From an uncultured Verrucomicrobiae bacterium (GTDB lineage Bacteria; Verrucomicrobiota; Verrucomicrobiia; Chthoniobacterales; UBA10450), in assembly GCA_963726745.1 (NCBI GenBank), contig CAVSDR010000003.1, forward strand, positions 1,116,078 through 1,180,077: DNA of 64,000 nt, read 5' to 3'. Each line of letters begins with the position of its first letter. Positions within the stretch are counted from its first letter, which is position 1. A program made the translations under genes and the position numbers. The notes under the pieces are model-generated. The model did no database searches. It was not told the origin of the DNA and was given only the letters and a program-made list of their open reading frames with translations. This document shows positions 8,747 to 19,057 of the stretch, piece by piece.

Positions 8747-9406
8747 CTACTTCTGGATGGTGTAACCGACGTGCCGCACGGTTTCGATCAGGGGCGGCGT
8801 GCCGAGCTTGCGCCGCAGCCGGCCGATGAAGACTTCCACCAGCTTGGTGTCGTATTCGTGTTCTCGTTCCCAGACGCGTTCGCACAATTCCGTGCGGGTA
8901 AAGACGCGCCCCGGCTCGCGCAGGAGGACTTTGAGCAGAGCGAGCTCGCGGCTGGAAAGCTCGATCGGCCGTCCGGCGCGCCGCACTTTTTGGTCGGCGA
9001 GATCGAGCTGGAGATCGCCCGCCTGCAGCACCAGCGCCGGTTCCTCCGCGTAGCGCCGGCTGAGCGCATGGACGCGCGCGATCAGTTCCTGCATCGCGAA
9101 CGGCTTCGCCAGGTAATCGTCGGCGCCGAGCTGCAGCCCGGTGAGCCGGTCGTTTAATTCGCTGCGCGCGGTGAGCATGAGCACGCGGCTGCGGTTTCCG
9201 CCGGCCCGCAGGCGGCGGAGGATTTCAAAGCCATCCGTTCCTGGCAGGCCTACATCGAGCACGATGAGATCGAAGGTTTCCCGGCCCGCCGCCGCCAACG
9301 CCGCTTCGCCTTCGTGCACCACCACCGGGTCATGTCCCGCTTCGGTCAACGCAGAGGCCACATGGCGCGTCAGCCGCACTTCATCATCGATCACCAGGAT
9401 GCGCAT
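8747..9406 (-). CDS. OmpR/PhoB-family response regulator
   Basis: MRILVIDDE, LDVGLPGTDG, MLTAR, GADDYLAKPF, winged helix VEVFIGRLRRKL...TVRHVGY. Confidence 0.93.
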   Translation of the reverse strand: MRILVIDDEVRLTRHVASALTEAGHDPVVVHEGEAALAAAGRETFDLIVLDVGLPGTDGFEILRRLRAGGNRSRVLMLTARSELNDRLTGLQLGADDYLAKPFAMQELIARVHALSRRYAEEPALVLQAGDLQLDLADQKVRRAGRPIELSSRELALLKVLLREPGRVFTRTELCERVWEREHEYDTKLVEVFIGRLRRKLGTPPLIETVRHVGYTIQK

Positions 9407-9414
9407 TTGGCTGG

Positions 9415-10605
9415 TTAAAAACGAACCGTGAGCTGGGTGGCGAAGACGTGTTGGTCCCGGTGCCCGTCGTCCCGCTGGAAATAGTATTCGGCTTTGAGCT
9501 GCACATGGGTCGTGAAGCGGTAGGTGAGCGCGGTCTCGACGCGGTCGGTTTCGCCAGCCCAGGCTTTCATGGTGCCCGGGAGGTCGCCGAAGAATTGCTG
9601 GTTCCAACGAACCGCGCCGAAGAGTTGCGGGAGGAATTTGTATTTTGCCTCGAGAAAATAGCCGACCGTCTCGGCGGTGCCGAGTCGCGGCACATCGAAG
9701 CGCGTCTCGTGCACTTCTGCCCAGAGTTGGAGGTGATGCCAGGCGAAGCTCACATCCTGCGCGAGGTGATCTTGCCGGTAATCGCCGAGGCCGCGCCCCG
9801 CAGGAAAGCTGGTGCGCGCGGACGTCGAAAAGTAGCTCCCGTCGCTCGCGGAAAAGCCGAGATTCCACATCGCATTTGGCCGGAAACCGAGACGCGCGCT
9901 CACGGTGGGATGCTCGAAGCCGCGCTGCGTCGCGTCCCACACTTCCGGGCGGGACGAGAGGCTGGCGTTTTTTAATTCAGCGGCGTATTCGAAGCGCCCG
10001 AGCCGCCCGGCGACGGAAATGCCGGAGGCATAGCTCGGCCCCCAGATCACCGGGATATACTCGGCTTTTTCGTCGTGCAATTCGCCCCGGAACGGCAGCG
10101 CCGGGGCCTCATGATCTTCCAGCGGGAGGGCGCGTTCGTAGATCAGCGGCGCAGAGATGAAGGGATTGTCCCAGGCCAGGTGACGCTCAACCCAGCGGGC
10201 GACGACGGTGGCGAACTTACCGGCCTGCAGGCTCAACCGCCCGTCGCTCCACGGCGTGATCCGGAGCGCGTATTCATCCAGCCGGAGCTGCGCTCCCTCC
10301 TCGCGCGGATCGAAGTGCCGGTCCACCCGCGCCTGCGCAAAGAAATAGAGCGGCGCGCCCACTTGCGCGTCGAAAAAGAGAGTCAGCCGCGGATTGACGA
10401 AGCGATTTCCCCGCACGTCCAGCAGGCCGGGCGCGGCTCCGTCAAAGGCGTAATACTCCAGCTCCAGCGTGCCGCTCGCGCGGGCGCGGATTTGATCGTG
10501 AAAAGCGCTGAGCGTGAGCGCCTGGTCGAGCTGCTCGAGAATTTCCTGCCCAGGCAGCAGTCTCGTCGTGCCGAGGAAAAGCAGGACGAGCAGGCAGCGC
10601 TTCAT
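9415..10605 (-). CDS. Outer-membrane beta-barrel (porin-like) protein
   Basis: Signal peptide, amphipathic aromatic strands, SLQAGKF, C-terminal QLTVRF BAM-type signal. Confidence 0.72.
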   Translation of the reverse strand: MKRCLLVLLFLGTTRLLPGQEILEQLDQALTLSAFHDQIRARASGTLELEYYAFDGAAPGLLDVRGNRFVNPRLTLFFDAQVGAPLYFFAQARVDRHFDPREEGAQLRLDEYALRITPWSDGRLSLQAGKFATVVARWVERHLAWDNPFISAPLIYERALPLEDHEAPALPFRGELHDEKAEYIPVIWGPSYASGISVAGRLGRFEYAAELKNASLSSRPEVWDATQRGFEHPTVSARLGFRPNAMWNLGFSASDGSYFSTSARTSFPAGRGLGDYRQDHLAQDVSFAWHHLQLWAEVHETRFDVPRLGTAETVGYFLEAKYKFLPQLFGAVRWNQQFFGDLPGTMKAWAGETDRVETALTYRFTTHVQLKAEYYFQRDDGHRDQHVFATQLTVRF

Positions 10606-12353
10606 CCGACTTCAGAAAGCGCCCGCTCCTTCGCCGGGCGGGACGCGGCCCGAAAACGTACTTCAAATTCCGTCGCCTCTTCGTCCGAGCGGGTGAGGCA
10701 GAGGTCGCCTCCCTGGAGCCGCGCGAGTTCGCGCGCGAGGTTAAGGCCCAATCCGTGGCCCGGGACGTTTTCGCCCACCACCCCGCGGTGAAACCGCTCG
10801 AAGATGTGCGGCTGGGCCGCGCGCGGAATCGGCTTGCCGGTGTTCTCCACCCCGAGGATGACGAACTCGCCCTCGTCCCGCGCCCAGACGCAGATGTGGC
10901 CATCTTGCTGGTTATATTTGCGCGCGTTTTCCAGCAGGTTTTGCACGATCAGGGTGATGTAGCGTTTTTCCCCGGCGACGTGCAATCCCGGAGGGAAATC
11001 GGTCTCTAGTTTTACGTGCAATTCGTCCGGGACCGCGCCCAGGTCGTCGATCCATTCCTCGAGCAGCTGCGAGAGATTGACCGGCTCGAATTGAATCCGG
11101 AGCTGCCCCGCATCCATCCGCGAGAGGAGAAGTAAATCGTCGACCACGCTGGTGATGCGATAGGTCTGGTGGAGCAAGGCGGAGAGTTCGTGGTAGAGGT
11201 CGGGCGGAAGATCGTCGCGCGCGAGCAGCTCATCGATGCCAGCCCGCAAGACGGTCACCGGCGTCTTCAATTGATGCGAAGCATCCGCGGAGAAACGCGC
11301 GGTGCGCTGGAGTTCTTCGCTGGTCGCTTCGAGGGCGGCCTCGGCCTCGCGCCGGCGGGTCCGTTCCTCGCGCGAAGCGACCGCCAGCGTCTCGACCGGT
11401 TTGGCCAGGCGCCCGGCGAGGAAGTGGCTGGCTAAAAGTCCCACGAGCAGGAGCCCGCCGCCGGCCCAGAGCACATGCCGGCGCAGTTGACGCTGGCGGG
11501 CGAGGGCATCGTGCAGCGGATAGAGTGCAACTTCATAGGCCGCCGGGAAGATCGAGCCGGGGTTGAGCTGTTTGAAGAAGATGAGGTGCGGTTCGCCAGC
11601 AATCGCCAAGCGAAAGCTGCCGCTGCTCGTTTTCGCCTGGGATTCCAGAGCGCGCAGCAAGGCAGGGCTGGCCTCGGGCGCCAGCCGCGGGAGGTCGAGT
11701 TTTCCTTCCGCCCAGATGCCGCTCGCGAGGCGGGCGCGTTCTTCACTCAGCGTTTCGGGGCGAAACCCGAGCACGATCGCGGAAATAACTTCGCCGCTCT
11801 CGCTCGAGAAAATCGGCACCGCCAGGATCTCCTCGGCCTCGCTGCGGTCCCCCGCGCTTTCGCGCAGGAGATAACCGCTTTGCGGTTCGGCAGGCAGCGG
11901 CTGCACTGCAATCCGGGCGGCTTCCCCCGGAGCCAGCTGCCCGACCTCGGCTCCCGGGGGCGGCGGCAGGACCGCGCCGGCGCGATCGAGGAAACGGTAA
12001 AAGCGAGCATGCAGGGAGCCGTTGGCGGTTGAAATCAGATCGCGCAGTTCGTCGCGCGCGCTCGGGTAAAGCAGATCGAGCGCGTTATCCTCCAGCGCCG
12101 CGTGAATCCGCGGCCGCTGGGTCAGCCGCCGGCAACGTTCCACCAGCGCCGCTTGCCGCACCTCGCGCACGCCATGAAGCGTGGCCAACTCGTTTCGGAA
12201 ATCCTGCTCGAGATCGCGCGCCGCTTCCACCGCCACTTTGCGGTCCGCGAGGAACAGTCCCAGCGCGGTCAGCGCCGCCACCACCAGCATCATCGCCAGG
12301 AGAAAGCGGACCCGGAAAGGCCGCGGGCGCGGCGCGGGCGACGCGGGTTTCAC
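10602..12353 (-). CDS. Membrane sensor histidine kinase
   Basis: Two TM segments, large periplasmic domain, FSADASHQLKTP H-box, NLLENARKY, IFERFHRG, GHGLGL. Confidence 0.92.
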   Translation of the reverse strand: MKPASPAPRPRPFRVRFLLAMMLVVAALTALGLFLADRKVAVEAARDLEQDFRNELATLHGVREVRQAALVERCRRLTQRPRIHAALEDNALDLLYPSARDELRDLISTANGSLHARFYRFLDRAGAVLPPPPGAEVGQLAPGEAARIAVQPLPAEPQSGYLLRESAGDRSEAEEILAVPIFSSESGEVISAIVLGFRPETLSEERARLASGIWAEGKLDLPRLAPEASPALLRALESQAKTSSGSFRLAIAGEPHLIFFKQLNPGSIFPAAYEVALYPLHDALARQRQLRRHVLWAGGGLLLVGLLASHFLAGRLAKPVETLAVASREERTRRREAEAALEATSEELQRTARFSADASHQLKTPVTVLRAGIDELLARDDLPPDLYHELSALLHQTYRITSVVDDLLLLSRMDAGQLRIQFEPVNLSQLLEEWIDDLGAVPDELHVKLETDFPPGLHVAGEKRYITLIVQNLLENARKYNQQDGHICVWARDEGEFVILGVENTGKPIPRAAQPHIFERFHRGVVGENVPGHGLGLNLARELARLQGGDLCLTRSDEEATEFEVRFRAASRPAKERALSEVG

Positions 12354-12991
12354 CGGAAATCGACGCGCTGATTCGCGCCATCGTGAAGTTCCACTGCGAG
12401 GGCGCGGGTTGTCTTGCTGTCCACCCAGGCCTTGAGCGTGTAGCGGCCCGCCGGCAGCCCGGTTAGCCGAAAATTTCCCTGCGTGTCGGTGGTGGTGAAA
12501 TGGTTTGTCGGGAGGACAAGGACCAGGCCGCGCATGTGCTCGTGGATGTCGCAGCGTAGAGTGATCAAGCCGGGCTGATCGAAGAGCACGGAAGGAAACG
12601 GGCGTTCATCGGGCCGGTAGCGGCCGAGATCGAAACGCTTCGCCGGCGAGTAGGAGAAGATGTTGTGGTAGGTGTCGTCTTCGTTGGGAAATTCCACCGT
12701 CGTCCCGACCGCGATCGGGAGCAGCGCCGGACGGAAAGCCATCTCCTTCTGCACCACCTGGGCTCGAGACGGCGTGGTCTTTTCCGAGGGAGCGCCTTCG
12801 AGATAGACCACGGCGACCGGAGGATTGGTCGCCAAGACGCCGCCCTTTGTGACCACTTCGTAGCGCTGCGTGAGCAGCGGCGCGCTGCGCGCCTTCGGCA
12901 AATCCACGTGGCCTTCCACGGTCGCCTGCGCGTGGCCGAGACGGGCGCAAAGAAGGCAGAGCACGAAAGCAAGGCAGACCCGGAGCCACAT
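12350..12991 (-). CDS. Periplasmic cupredoxin-like / carboxypeptidase-regulatory-like protein
   Basis: Signal peptide; GTTVEFPNEDDTYHNIFS and CDIHEHM (type-1 Cu-like H, C, H, M); TDTQGNFRLTGLPAGRYTLKAW. Confidence 0.75.
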   Translation of the reverse strand: MWLRVCLAFVLCLLCARLGHAQATVEGHVDLPKARSAPLLTQRYEVVTKGGVLATNPPVAVVYLEGAPSEKTTPSRAQVVQKEMAFRPALLPIAVGTTVEFPNEDDTYHNIFSYSPAKRFDLGRYRPDERPFPSVLFDQPGLITLRCDIHEHMRGLVLVLPTNHFTTTDTQGNFRLTGLPAGRYTLKAWVDSKTTRALAVELHDGANQRVDFR

Positions 12992-13050
12992 CGCCGCCGA
13001 TCGTAGCAGTTCCAGGCGGGCGCGAAAAGCGCCCAGCTACACCTCCAAGA

Positions 13051-13067
13051 GTAACGCCGCTGTCACC
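13051..13067 (-). promoter_or_regulatory. Putative operator GGTGACAGCGGCGTTAC
   Basis: Matches 7353-7369; about 45 bp upstream of a TACGAT -10 box (13000-13005) of the minus-strand operon. Confidence 0.6.
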
Positions 13068-13137
13068 TGCGCAGACGACTTGTTAGGGGACGAAGGAGAA
13101 CACTTGCAGGCGCGCAGGTCTTGATGGTTGTTCCTTC

Positions 13138-14286
13138 GTGTTCTCGAAAGACCACGTTTTCACGTTAGGCATCGAGGAGGAGTTTGCGATCGTCGATCCG
13201 CAAACGCGCGAGCTCCGGTCGCACATCCAGGAGATCCTCGAGGGCGGCAAGCTCACCTTGAAGGAGCAGATCAAGCCGGAGATGCACCAGAGCGTGGTCG
13301 AGCTGGGCACGGAGATCTGCCAGTCGGTGGTCGATGCGCGCGCGCATGTGATCGAACTCCGGAGCCACCTCGCCCGGCTCGCGGGCAAGGGCGGGATGAA
13401 AATCGCCAGCGCCGGGACGCATCCTTTTTCGCACTGGGGTGACCAGCTGATCACCGAGGGCGAGCGCTACAAGGAAATCGTGAAGGACATGCAGCAGGTG
13501 GCGCGGGCCAACCTGATCTTCGGTCTGCACGTGCACGTGGGAATCCCGAGCCGCGAAATGGCGATCCACGTGATGAACCAGGCGCGCTATTTTCTCCCGC
13601 ACATCTACGCGCTTTCGACCAACTCGCCCTTCTGGGTGGGGCGCAATACCGGCTTCAAAGGTTACCGGCTAAAAGTCTTCGAACGCTTCCCGCGCACCGG
13701 CATTCCCGACGCCTTCGAAGGCCTGAGCGAATACGACGATTACCTCAAGCTCCTCATCCGCACGAACTGCATCGATAACGCCAAAAAGATCTGGTGGGAC
13801 ATCCGATTGCATCCGTTCTTCGACACGCTCGAGGTGCGGGTATGCGATGCGCAGACGCGGGTGGACGACACTCTCGCGCTCGCGGCTTTGATCCAGGCGG
13901 TGATCGTGCGGCTGCACAAGCTCCAGCGCGAAAACCTTTCCTTCCGAATCTACCGCCGGCGCTTGATCGATGAGAACCGCTGGCGCGCCTCGCGCTACGG
14001 ATTAGACGGCAAGTTGATCGATTTCGGCCGCGAACAAGAGACGGACACGCGCACATTGATCCATGAGATTCTCGACTTCGTCTCGAGCGAGATCGAGGAA
14101 CTCGGGATCCAGCGCGAGATCGAGCACATCGAGCGGATCATGCGCGAAGGGACCGGCTCCGACCGCCAGCTCGATGTCTGGGCGAAGACGCGGGACATGC
14201 GCGAGGTGGTGGATTTGATCGTGCGCGAGACCTACGACGGCCTGCGCCTGGACGAGCCAACAGTCTTCGAAAACGCCGGAAGCTAG
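13138..14286 (+). CDS. YbdK-family carboxylate-amine ligase (GCS2)
   Basis: FTLGIEEEF, KPEMHQSVVE, AGTHPF, IFGLHVHVG, NSPFW, FPRTG, WWDIRLHP, LEVRVCD. Confidence 0.92.
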   Translation: MFSKDHVFTLGIEEEFAIVDPQTRELRSHIQEILEGGKLTLKEQIKPEMHQSVVELGTEICQSVVDARAHVIELRSHLARLAGKGGMKIASAGTHPFSHWGDQLITEGERYKEIVKDMQQVARANLIFGLHVHVGIPSREMAIHVMNQARYFLPHIYALSTNSPFWVGRNTGFKGYRLKVFERFPRTGIPDAFEGLSEYDDYLKLLIRTNCIDNAKKIWWDIRLHPFFDTLEVRVCDAQTRVDDTLALAALIQAVIVRLHKLQRENLSFRIYRRRLIDENRWRASRYGLDGKLIDFGREQETDTRTLIHEILDFVSSEIEELGIQREIEHIERIMREGTGSDRQLDVWAKTRDMREVVDLIVRETYDGLRLDEPTVFENAGS

Positions 14287-14334
14287 GGCAATTGCCCCGC
14301 AGCCTTTCCCGCGTAAAGGTTAGCGTTCGCCGAA

Positions 14335-15356
14335 ATGTCCGACCGACTCTCCATTGCCACGATCGATGCCGAGCTTGCGCCTGGTGCGCGTAATGCCATC
14401 CGCGACTGCCTGCGCCTGAAACCGGAGGAGCGGATCACGATCATCACCGACGAAGCGACGATCGAGATCGCCGCGGCGCTCCAGGCGGAAGTGGAGGAGG
14501 TCGGCTCGGAGTGTGCCGTCTTTGTCCTGGAGAATTACGCCACGCGCCCGCTCACCGGGATGCCGCAGCCGATTCTCGACGATCTCGCCAAGTCGCAGGT
14601 AAGCATTTTTGCTTCGCAAACGCAGACGGGCGAACTCGGCTCGCGCATTCAGATGACCGCGGTGGTGAATCAGCATGGCATCCGCCACGGCCACATGGTG
14701 AACATCAACCGCGAGATCATGCTCCACGGGATGCGCGCGGATTTCATCGCGGTGGATAAATTGAGCCAGCGCCTCGTGGAAAAGGCGCGCATGGCGCAAG
14801 TCGCGTGCGTTGCTGGACGCCGCACGGCACGGAATTCACGGCCGAGCTTTCGCCGAAACTGAAGTGGCTCAAAACCAGCGGCATCATCACGCGCGAAAAG
14901 TGGGGTAACCTGCCCGGCGGCGAGATTTTCACCTCGCCCTTCAACACTCACGGCACCTTCGTGGTCGACGGCGTGGTCGGCGATTACCTCTGCCAAAAGT
15001 ATGGCGACATCCAGGCGACGCCGCTGACGATCGAAGTGCGCGACAACCGCATCCACTCGTTAGCCTGCGAGAACCAGGAGCTGCTCGAGGAGTTCCGCGC
15101 CTACACCAGCACCGATGAGAATAGCAATCGCGTGGGCGAATTTGCCATCGGCACCAACATCGCCTGCACCCGCATCATCGGGCACATCTTGCAGGATGAA
15201 AAAATTCCCGGGATCCACATCGCCTTCGGTCACCCGTATGCCGAGCACACCGGCCAGGACTGGATCTCGAAAACACACATCGACTGCGTCGGCCGCGACT
15301 TCGACATCTGGTTCGACGAGGAGAAGGTGATGGAGCACGGGCAGTTCCTCATTTAG
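14335..15356 (+). CDS. M29/aminopeptidase T-like metallopeptidase (apparent frameshift near 14800)
   Basis: ORFs 14335-14862 and 14805-15356 join; NLPGGEIF, GEFAIGTN, LQDEKIPGIHIAFG, HID. Confidence 0.85.
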
Positions 15357-15367
15357 ACAGCGCTTTC

Positions 15368-16552
15368 ATGCACTCAGACCTGCGCGCTCGTTTCAACGCT
15401 GACTTCACGGCGGAGCGTTATGAAGAGCTGGTGCTCATGGCGAACGAGGCTGAGCGCTGGCCGGTCGACTTCCGCATCGCCGAGTCGCCGATTTTTTTAA
15501 CCGACGACTTCACCGCGGAGGTGAGCGCGGCGGCCGAGGAATTGGTTGCGCAAACCCGCACGCCGGAGTTCGCCCGCCACGCGGCCGACTCGATCCCGCC
15601 GGGGCTCGAGGTGCCGGGCGAAACGCCGCACCCGACCTTCATTCAGGTCGATTTCGCGATCTGCGAAGTGGACGGCAAACTCACGCCGCGCCTGATCGAA
15701 CTCCAAGGTTTCCCCAGCCTTTACGGTTTCCAGATCCTCCTGCTCCACAGCATGCGGCACGCGTATCCCGCGATCCCGGAGGATTGGGTGCCGTTCTTCA
15801 ATTGCGACGAGCACGGCTACCGCGAACTGCTCGAGCGCGTGATCGTGGGCGATTGCGACCCGGAGAACGTCGTCCTGCTCGAGATCGAGCCCGAGAAACA
15901 GAACACGCGAATCGATTTCGTCTGCACCGAGACGCTCCTCGGGATTGAACCGGTCTGCCTCACGGAAGTGCGGCGCCGCGGGCGCGAGCTCTTCTACGAA
16001 CGCGATGGTCGCGAGATCAAGATCGAGCGAATCTACAACCGGGTGATCTTCGATGAACTCCTGCGCCGGCCGGACTTAAACCTCGGCTTCAGCTTCCAGC
16101 ACGAGATCGACGCGCAATGGATCGGCCACCCGAATTGGTTCTTCCGGATCAGTAAGCACTCGCTCCCGTTCCTCAAGACCGCGCACACGTCGCGCGCTTA
16201 TTTTGCCGACGAGTTCCCGGCCGGCGAGTCGCTGGCTGATTTCGTCCTCAAGCCGCTCTACTCCTTCGCCGGGCTCGGGGTCGACCTCGAGCCGAACGAG
16301 AAAACTCTTGCCGCGCTCGAGGATCCGCACACCTGGATTCTGCAGGAGAAGGTGAACTACGCCGACTTCATCCCCACGCCGGACGGCAGCCGCTCAAAGG
16401 CCGAGATTCGGATGATGTTCGTCTGGCCCAATGGCGGGGAGCCGCTTCTGGTCAACAATCTCGTGCGCATGAGCCAGGGCGCGATGATGGGGGTGAAGTT
16501 CAACAGGAACAAAACCTGGGTCGGCTCGAGCATCGCGCTCCACCGCGGCTAA
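15368..16552 (+). CDS. ATP-grasp-like (circularly permuted / glutathione-synthetase-like) protein
   Basis: QVDFAI, PRLIELQGFPS, IERIYNRVIFDE, FVLKPLYSFAGLGV, WILQEKV, EIRMM. Confidence 0.68.
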   Translation: MHSDLRARFNADFTAERYEELVLMANEAERWPVDFRIAESPIFLTDDFTAEVSAAAEELVAQTRTPEFARHAADSIPPGLEVPGETPHPTFIQVDFAICEVDGKLTPRLIELQGFPSLYGFQILLLHSMRHAYPAIPEDWVPFFNCDEHGYRELLERVIVGDCDPENVVLLEIEPEKQNTRIDFVCTETLLGIEPVCLTEVRRRGRELFYERDGREIKIERIYNRVIFDELLRRPDLNLGFSFQHEIDAQWIGHPNWFFRISKHSLPFLKTAHTSRAYFADEFPAGESLADFVLKPLYSFAGLGVDLEPNEKTLAALEDPHTWILQEKVNYADFIPTPDGSRSKAEIRMMFVWPNGGEPLLVNNLVRMSQGAMMGVKFNRNKTWVGSSIALHRG

Positions 16553-16582
16553 GCGGCCGCGCGCCGTTTTCCAAAGCGCTGC

Positions 16583-17056
16583 CTAACGCATCCGCGCCAC
16601 GCGGATATTGCCGCCGCCGAGGATATACATGCGATGGCCGTAGCCGGCTTTCACGATCACCACCGGCGGCGAATCAGTCGGCGGGAACGAAGCGGTAGAC
16701 GATTGCGATTGCGCCCAGACCTGACCGTTCTCGAGCTGGAAACGGGTGTGCCCGTTGTAGCCTTTGAATGGCCCCACGATGCGGCTCTCGATCACCTGCG
16801 GCTGCGAAGCGATCTTGTTGTCTTTGACCGCGCCTTCGACCGCCAGCTTGGCGGCTTCCTGGTTGGTCGATTGCGTGTAGGAGCGGATGAATTCATTCAG
16901 CCGCGCGCGCTCTTCCGGCGTGAGCTTGGTTAAGCCCGCGGCTTCAAACGCCTTGGTCGACATCGCCTTTTCCACGCCAGGAAAATCGGGGTTCTGCGCC
17001 TGCACCGAGCCGAGGACGAAGGCGGAAGCGCAGAGGAAAGCGAGGCAGGTCTTCAT
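16583..17056 (-). CDS. Secreted hypothetical protein
   Basis: Signal peptide; AAGLTKLTPEE...L and FQLENGQVW motifs. Confidence 0.75.
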   Translation of the reverse strand: MKTCLAFLCASAFVLGSVQAQNPDFPGVEKAMSTKAFEAAGLTKLTPEERARLNEFIRSYTQSTNQEAAKLAVEGAVKDNKIASQPQVIESRIVGPFKGYNGHTRFQLENGQVWAQSQSSTASFPPTDSPPVVIVKAGYGHRMYILGGGNIRVARMR

Positions 17057-17088
17057 GGCTGTGGAATAGAGGCGCCGCGCCCGGAATG

Positions 17089-18270
17089 TCAAAGCAACTC
17101 CTCGTTAGTCTCGGCAAAGGCGTTGACCGCAAACTCGAGATCGGCCCGCGAATGGGCCGCGCTCACCTGCGTGCGCACGCGCGCCGTGCCATGCGGCACC
17201 ACCGGGTAAAAGAAGCCGATCACGTAGACGCCTTTCTCGAGCATGCGTGCGGCGAACTTCTGCGACTTGGTCGCATCGCCGAGCATGATCGGGACGATCG
17301 GATGCGTCCCGGGCTTGATCGTTAGGCCGCGCTCGGTCAGGGCGGCACGGAAGAATTTCGTGTTCTCCTCGAGCTTGTCGCGCAGTTCAGTCGATTTCTC
17401 GAGCAACTCCAACCCGGCGAGTGTCGCGGCCACGATCGGCGGCGCGACGCTGTTCGAGAAAAGATACGGGCGCGAGCGTTGCCGGAGAAGTTCCACGATC
17501 GATTTCCGCGCGCTGGTGAAGCCACCGCTGGCACCGCCGAGCGCTTTCCCAAGCGTGCCGGTGATGATGTCGATCTCGCCCATGACGCCGCGGTATTCAT
17601 GGGTCCCGCGGCCGCCTTTACCGAGGAAGCCGGTCGCGTGGCAATCGTCGATCATGACCAGCGCATCGTATTTCTTTGCCAGGGCCACGATCGCTTCCAG
17701 ATCGGCGATCGTGCCGTCCATCGAGAAGCAACCGTCAGTCGCGATCAAGCGCGTGCGCGCGCCCTTCGTCTCCGCGAGCTTCGCCTCCAGGTCGGCCATG
17801 TCGTTGTGCTTGTAGCGCGCGCGTTGCGCTTTGCAGAGGCGAATGCCGTCGATGATCGAGGCGTGGTTCAGCTCGTCGGAAATCACCGCGTCCTCTGCGC
17901 CGAGCAGCGTTTCGAAGAGGCCGCCGTTGGCGTCGAATGCGCTCGGATAAAGGATCGTGTCCTCCATCCCGAGAAAATTAGTCAGCGCGCTCTCCAGCTC
18001 CTTGTGCAGATCCTGCGTGCCGCAAATGAAGCGCACGCTCGCCATTCCCAGGCCATGGGTATCGAGTGCTTTCTTGGCCGCGGCGATCAGCGCAGGGTGA
18101 TCGGCCAGGCCGAGATAGTTGTTCGCACAGAAGTTCAAGACCTCGCGGCCGTCGCCCACCTTGATGTGCGCATCCTGCGGCGAAGTGATGATGCGCTCGG
18201 TCTTGTAGAGGCCTTGTTGGCGGATTTCCTCGAGCGTGGAAGCGAGTTGCTGGTCGAAGGCGGCGCGCAT
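17089..18270 (-). CDS. kbl: 2-amino-3-ketobutyrate CoA ligase
   Basis: [53 protein letters not shown]. Confidence 0.96.
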   Translation of the reverse strand: MRAAFDQQLASTLEEIRQQGLYKTERIITSPQDAHIKVGDGREVLNFCANNYLGLADHPALIAAAKKALDTHGLGMASVRFICGTQDLHKELESALTNFLGMEDTILYPSAFDANGGLFETLLGAEDAVISDELNHASIIDGIRLCKAQRARYKHNDMADLEAKLAETKGARTRLIATDGCFSMDGTIADLEAIVALAKKYDALVMIDDCHATGFLGKGGRGTHEYRGVMGEIDIITGTLGKALGGASGGFTSARKSIVELLRQRSRPYLFSNSVAPPIVAATLAGLELLEKSTELRDKLEENTKFFRAALTERGLTIKPGTHPIVPIMLGDATKSQKFAARMLEKGVYVIGFFYPVVPHGTARVRTQVSAAHSRADLEFAVNAFAETNEELL

Positions 18271-18367
18271 GGCGCAAAGCTGGCGTCATCGCACGGCGGA
18301 TGCAAAGCGGCGCAAAAGATTCTTGCCTCTGCTTGTGAATAACTGGTAACAACTCGGCCGATCCGAT

Positions 18368-19057
18368 TTGAAATTCTCCACTCCGAATCTCCTCACCCTC
18401 GCCGCCTTGAGCGCTTGCTGCGCGCTCCTGCTCTCCTCCTGCGAGACCACCGGAACCCGCGTCTCCAGTCGACCTTTGCCGGCCTACGAGCCGCCGATTG
18501 CGAAGAGTGATTTTCAAAACGTCCGCACGACTGCCTACACGCACACCGAGTCGGATCATCGGCAATACAGCAATCGCAACGCGCTCGGCGGCGTGCTCGG
18601 TGCCGCCAGCGCGCCGATCCAGCGGGTTGAGTCCGGCCGTTCGCTCGAGGCTTACCTTGCGCCTCGCAAGCGGACCGTCACGCATTACGTCAAGACCCGG
18701 CGCGGCCGCAAGAAAGTGGTCAAGACCGAATACGTGCGCCCGGCGATCGGAAGCGCCGCCGCCGATTGGTCGCGCTGGCCCGCGGGGACTTACTTCCGTG
18801 TGCTCTCCACCGGACAAATCTACAAGGTTGACGACTACGGCTGGGCGCTGAGCGGCCGGAATACGATCGATCTCTACATGGCCACGACCCGCGACATGAA
18901 TCGGTGGGGCGTGCGTCAGGAACCGATCCAGGTGTTGAAGTGGGGCGACCGCGCCTCCAGTCTCGCGCTCCTTACTCCGCGCCAGCACTACAAGCATATC
19001 CAGCGCATGGTGCTCCAGCTGCAAGGCCAGGATGAGCAAGCCGCGGCGCTTCGTTAG
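18368..19057 (+). CDS. 3D-domain (MltA/RlpA-like) lipoprotein
   Basis: Lipobox LLSSC; TTAYT, AAADW..PAGT, VDDYG, IDLYM. Confidence 0.75.
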   Translation: MKFSTPNLLTLAALSACCALLLSSCETTGTRVSSRPLPAYEPPIAKSDFQNVRTTAYTHTESDHRQYSNRNALGGVLGAASAPIQRVESGRSLEAYLAPRKRTVTHYVKTRRGRKKVVKTEYVRPAIGSAAADWSRWPAGTYFRVLSTGQIYKVDDYGWALSGRNTIDLYMATTRDMNRWGVRQEPIQVLKWGDRASSLALLTPRQHYKHIQRMVLQLQGQDEQAAALR

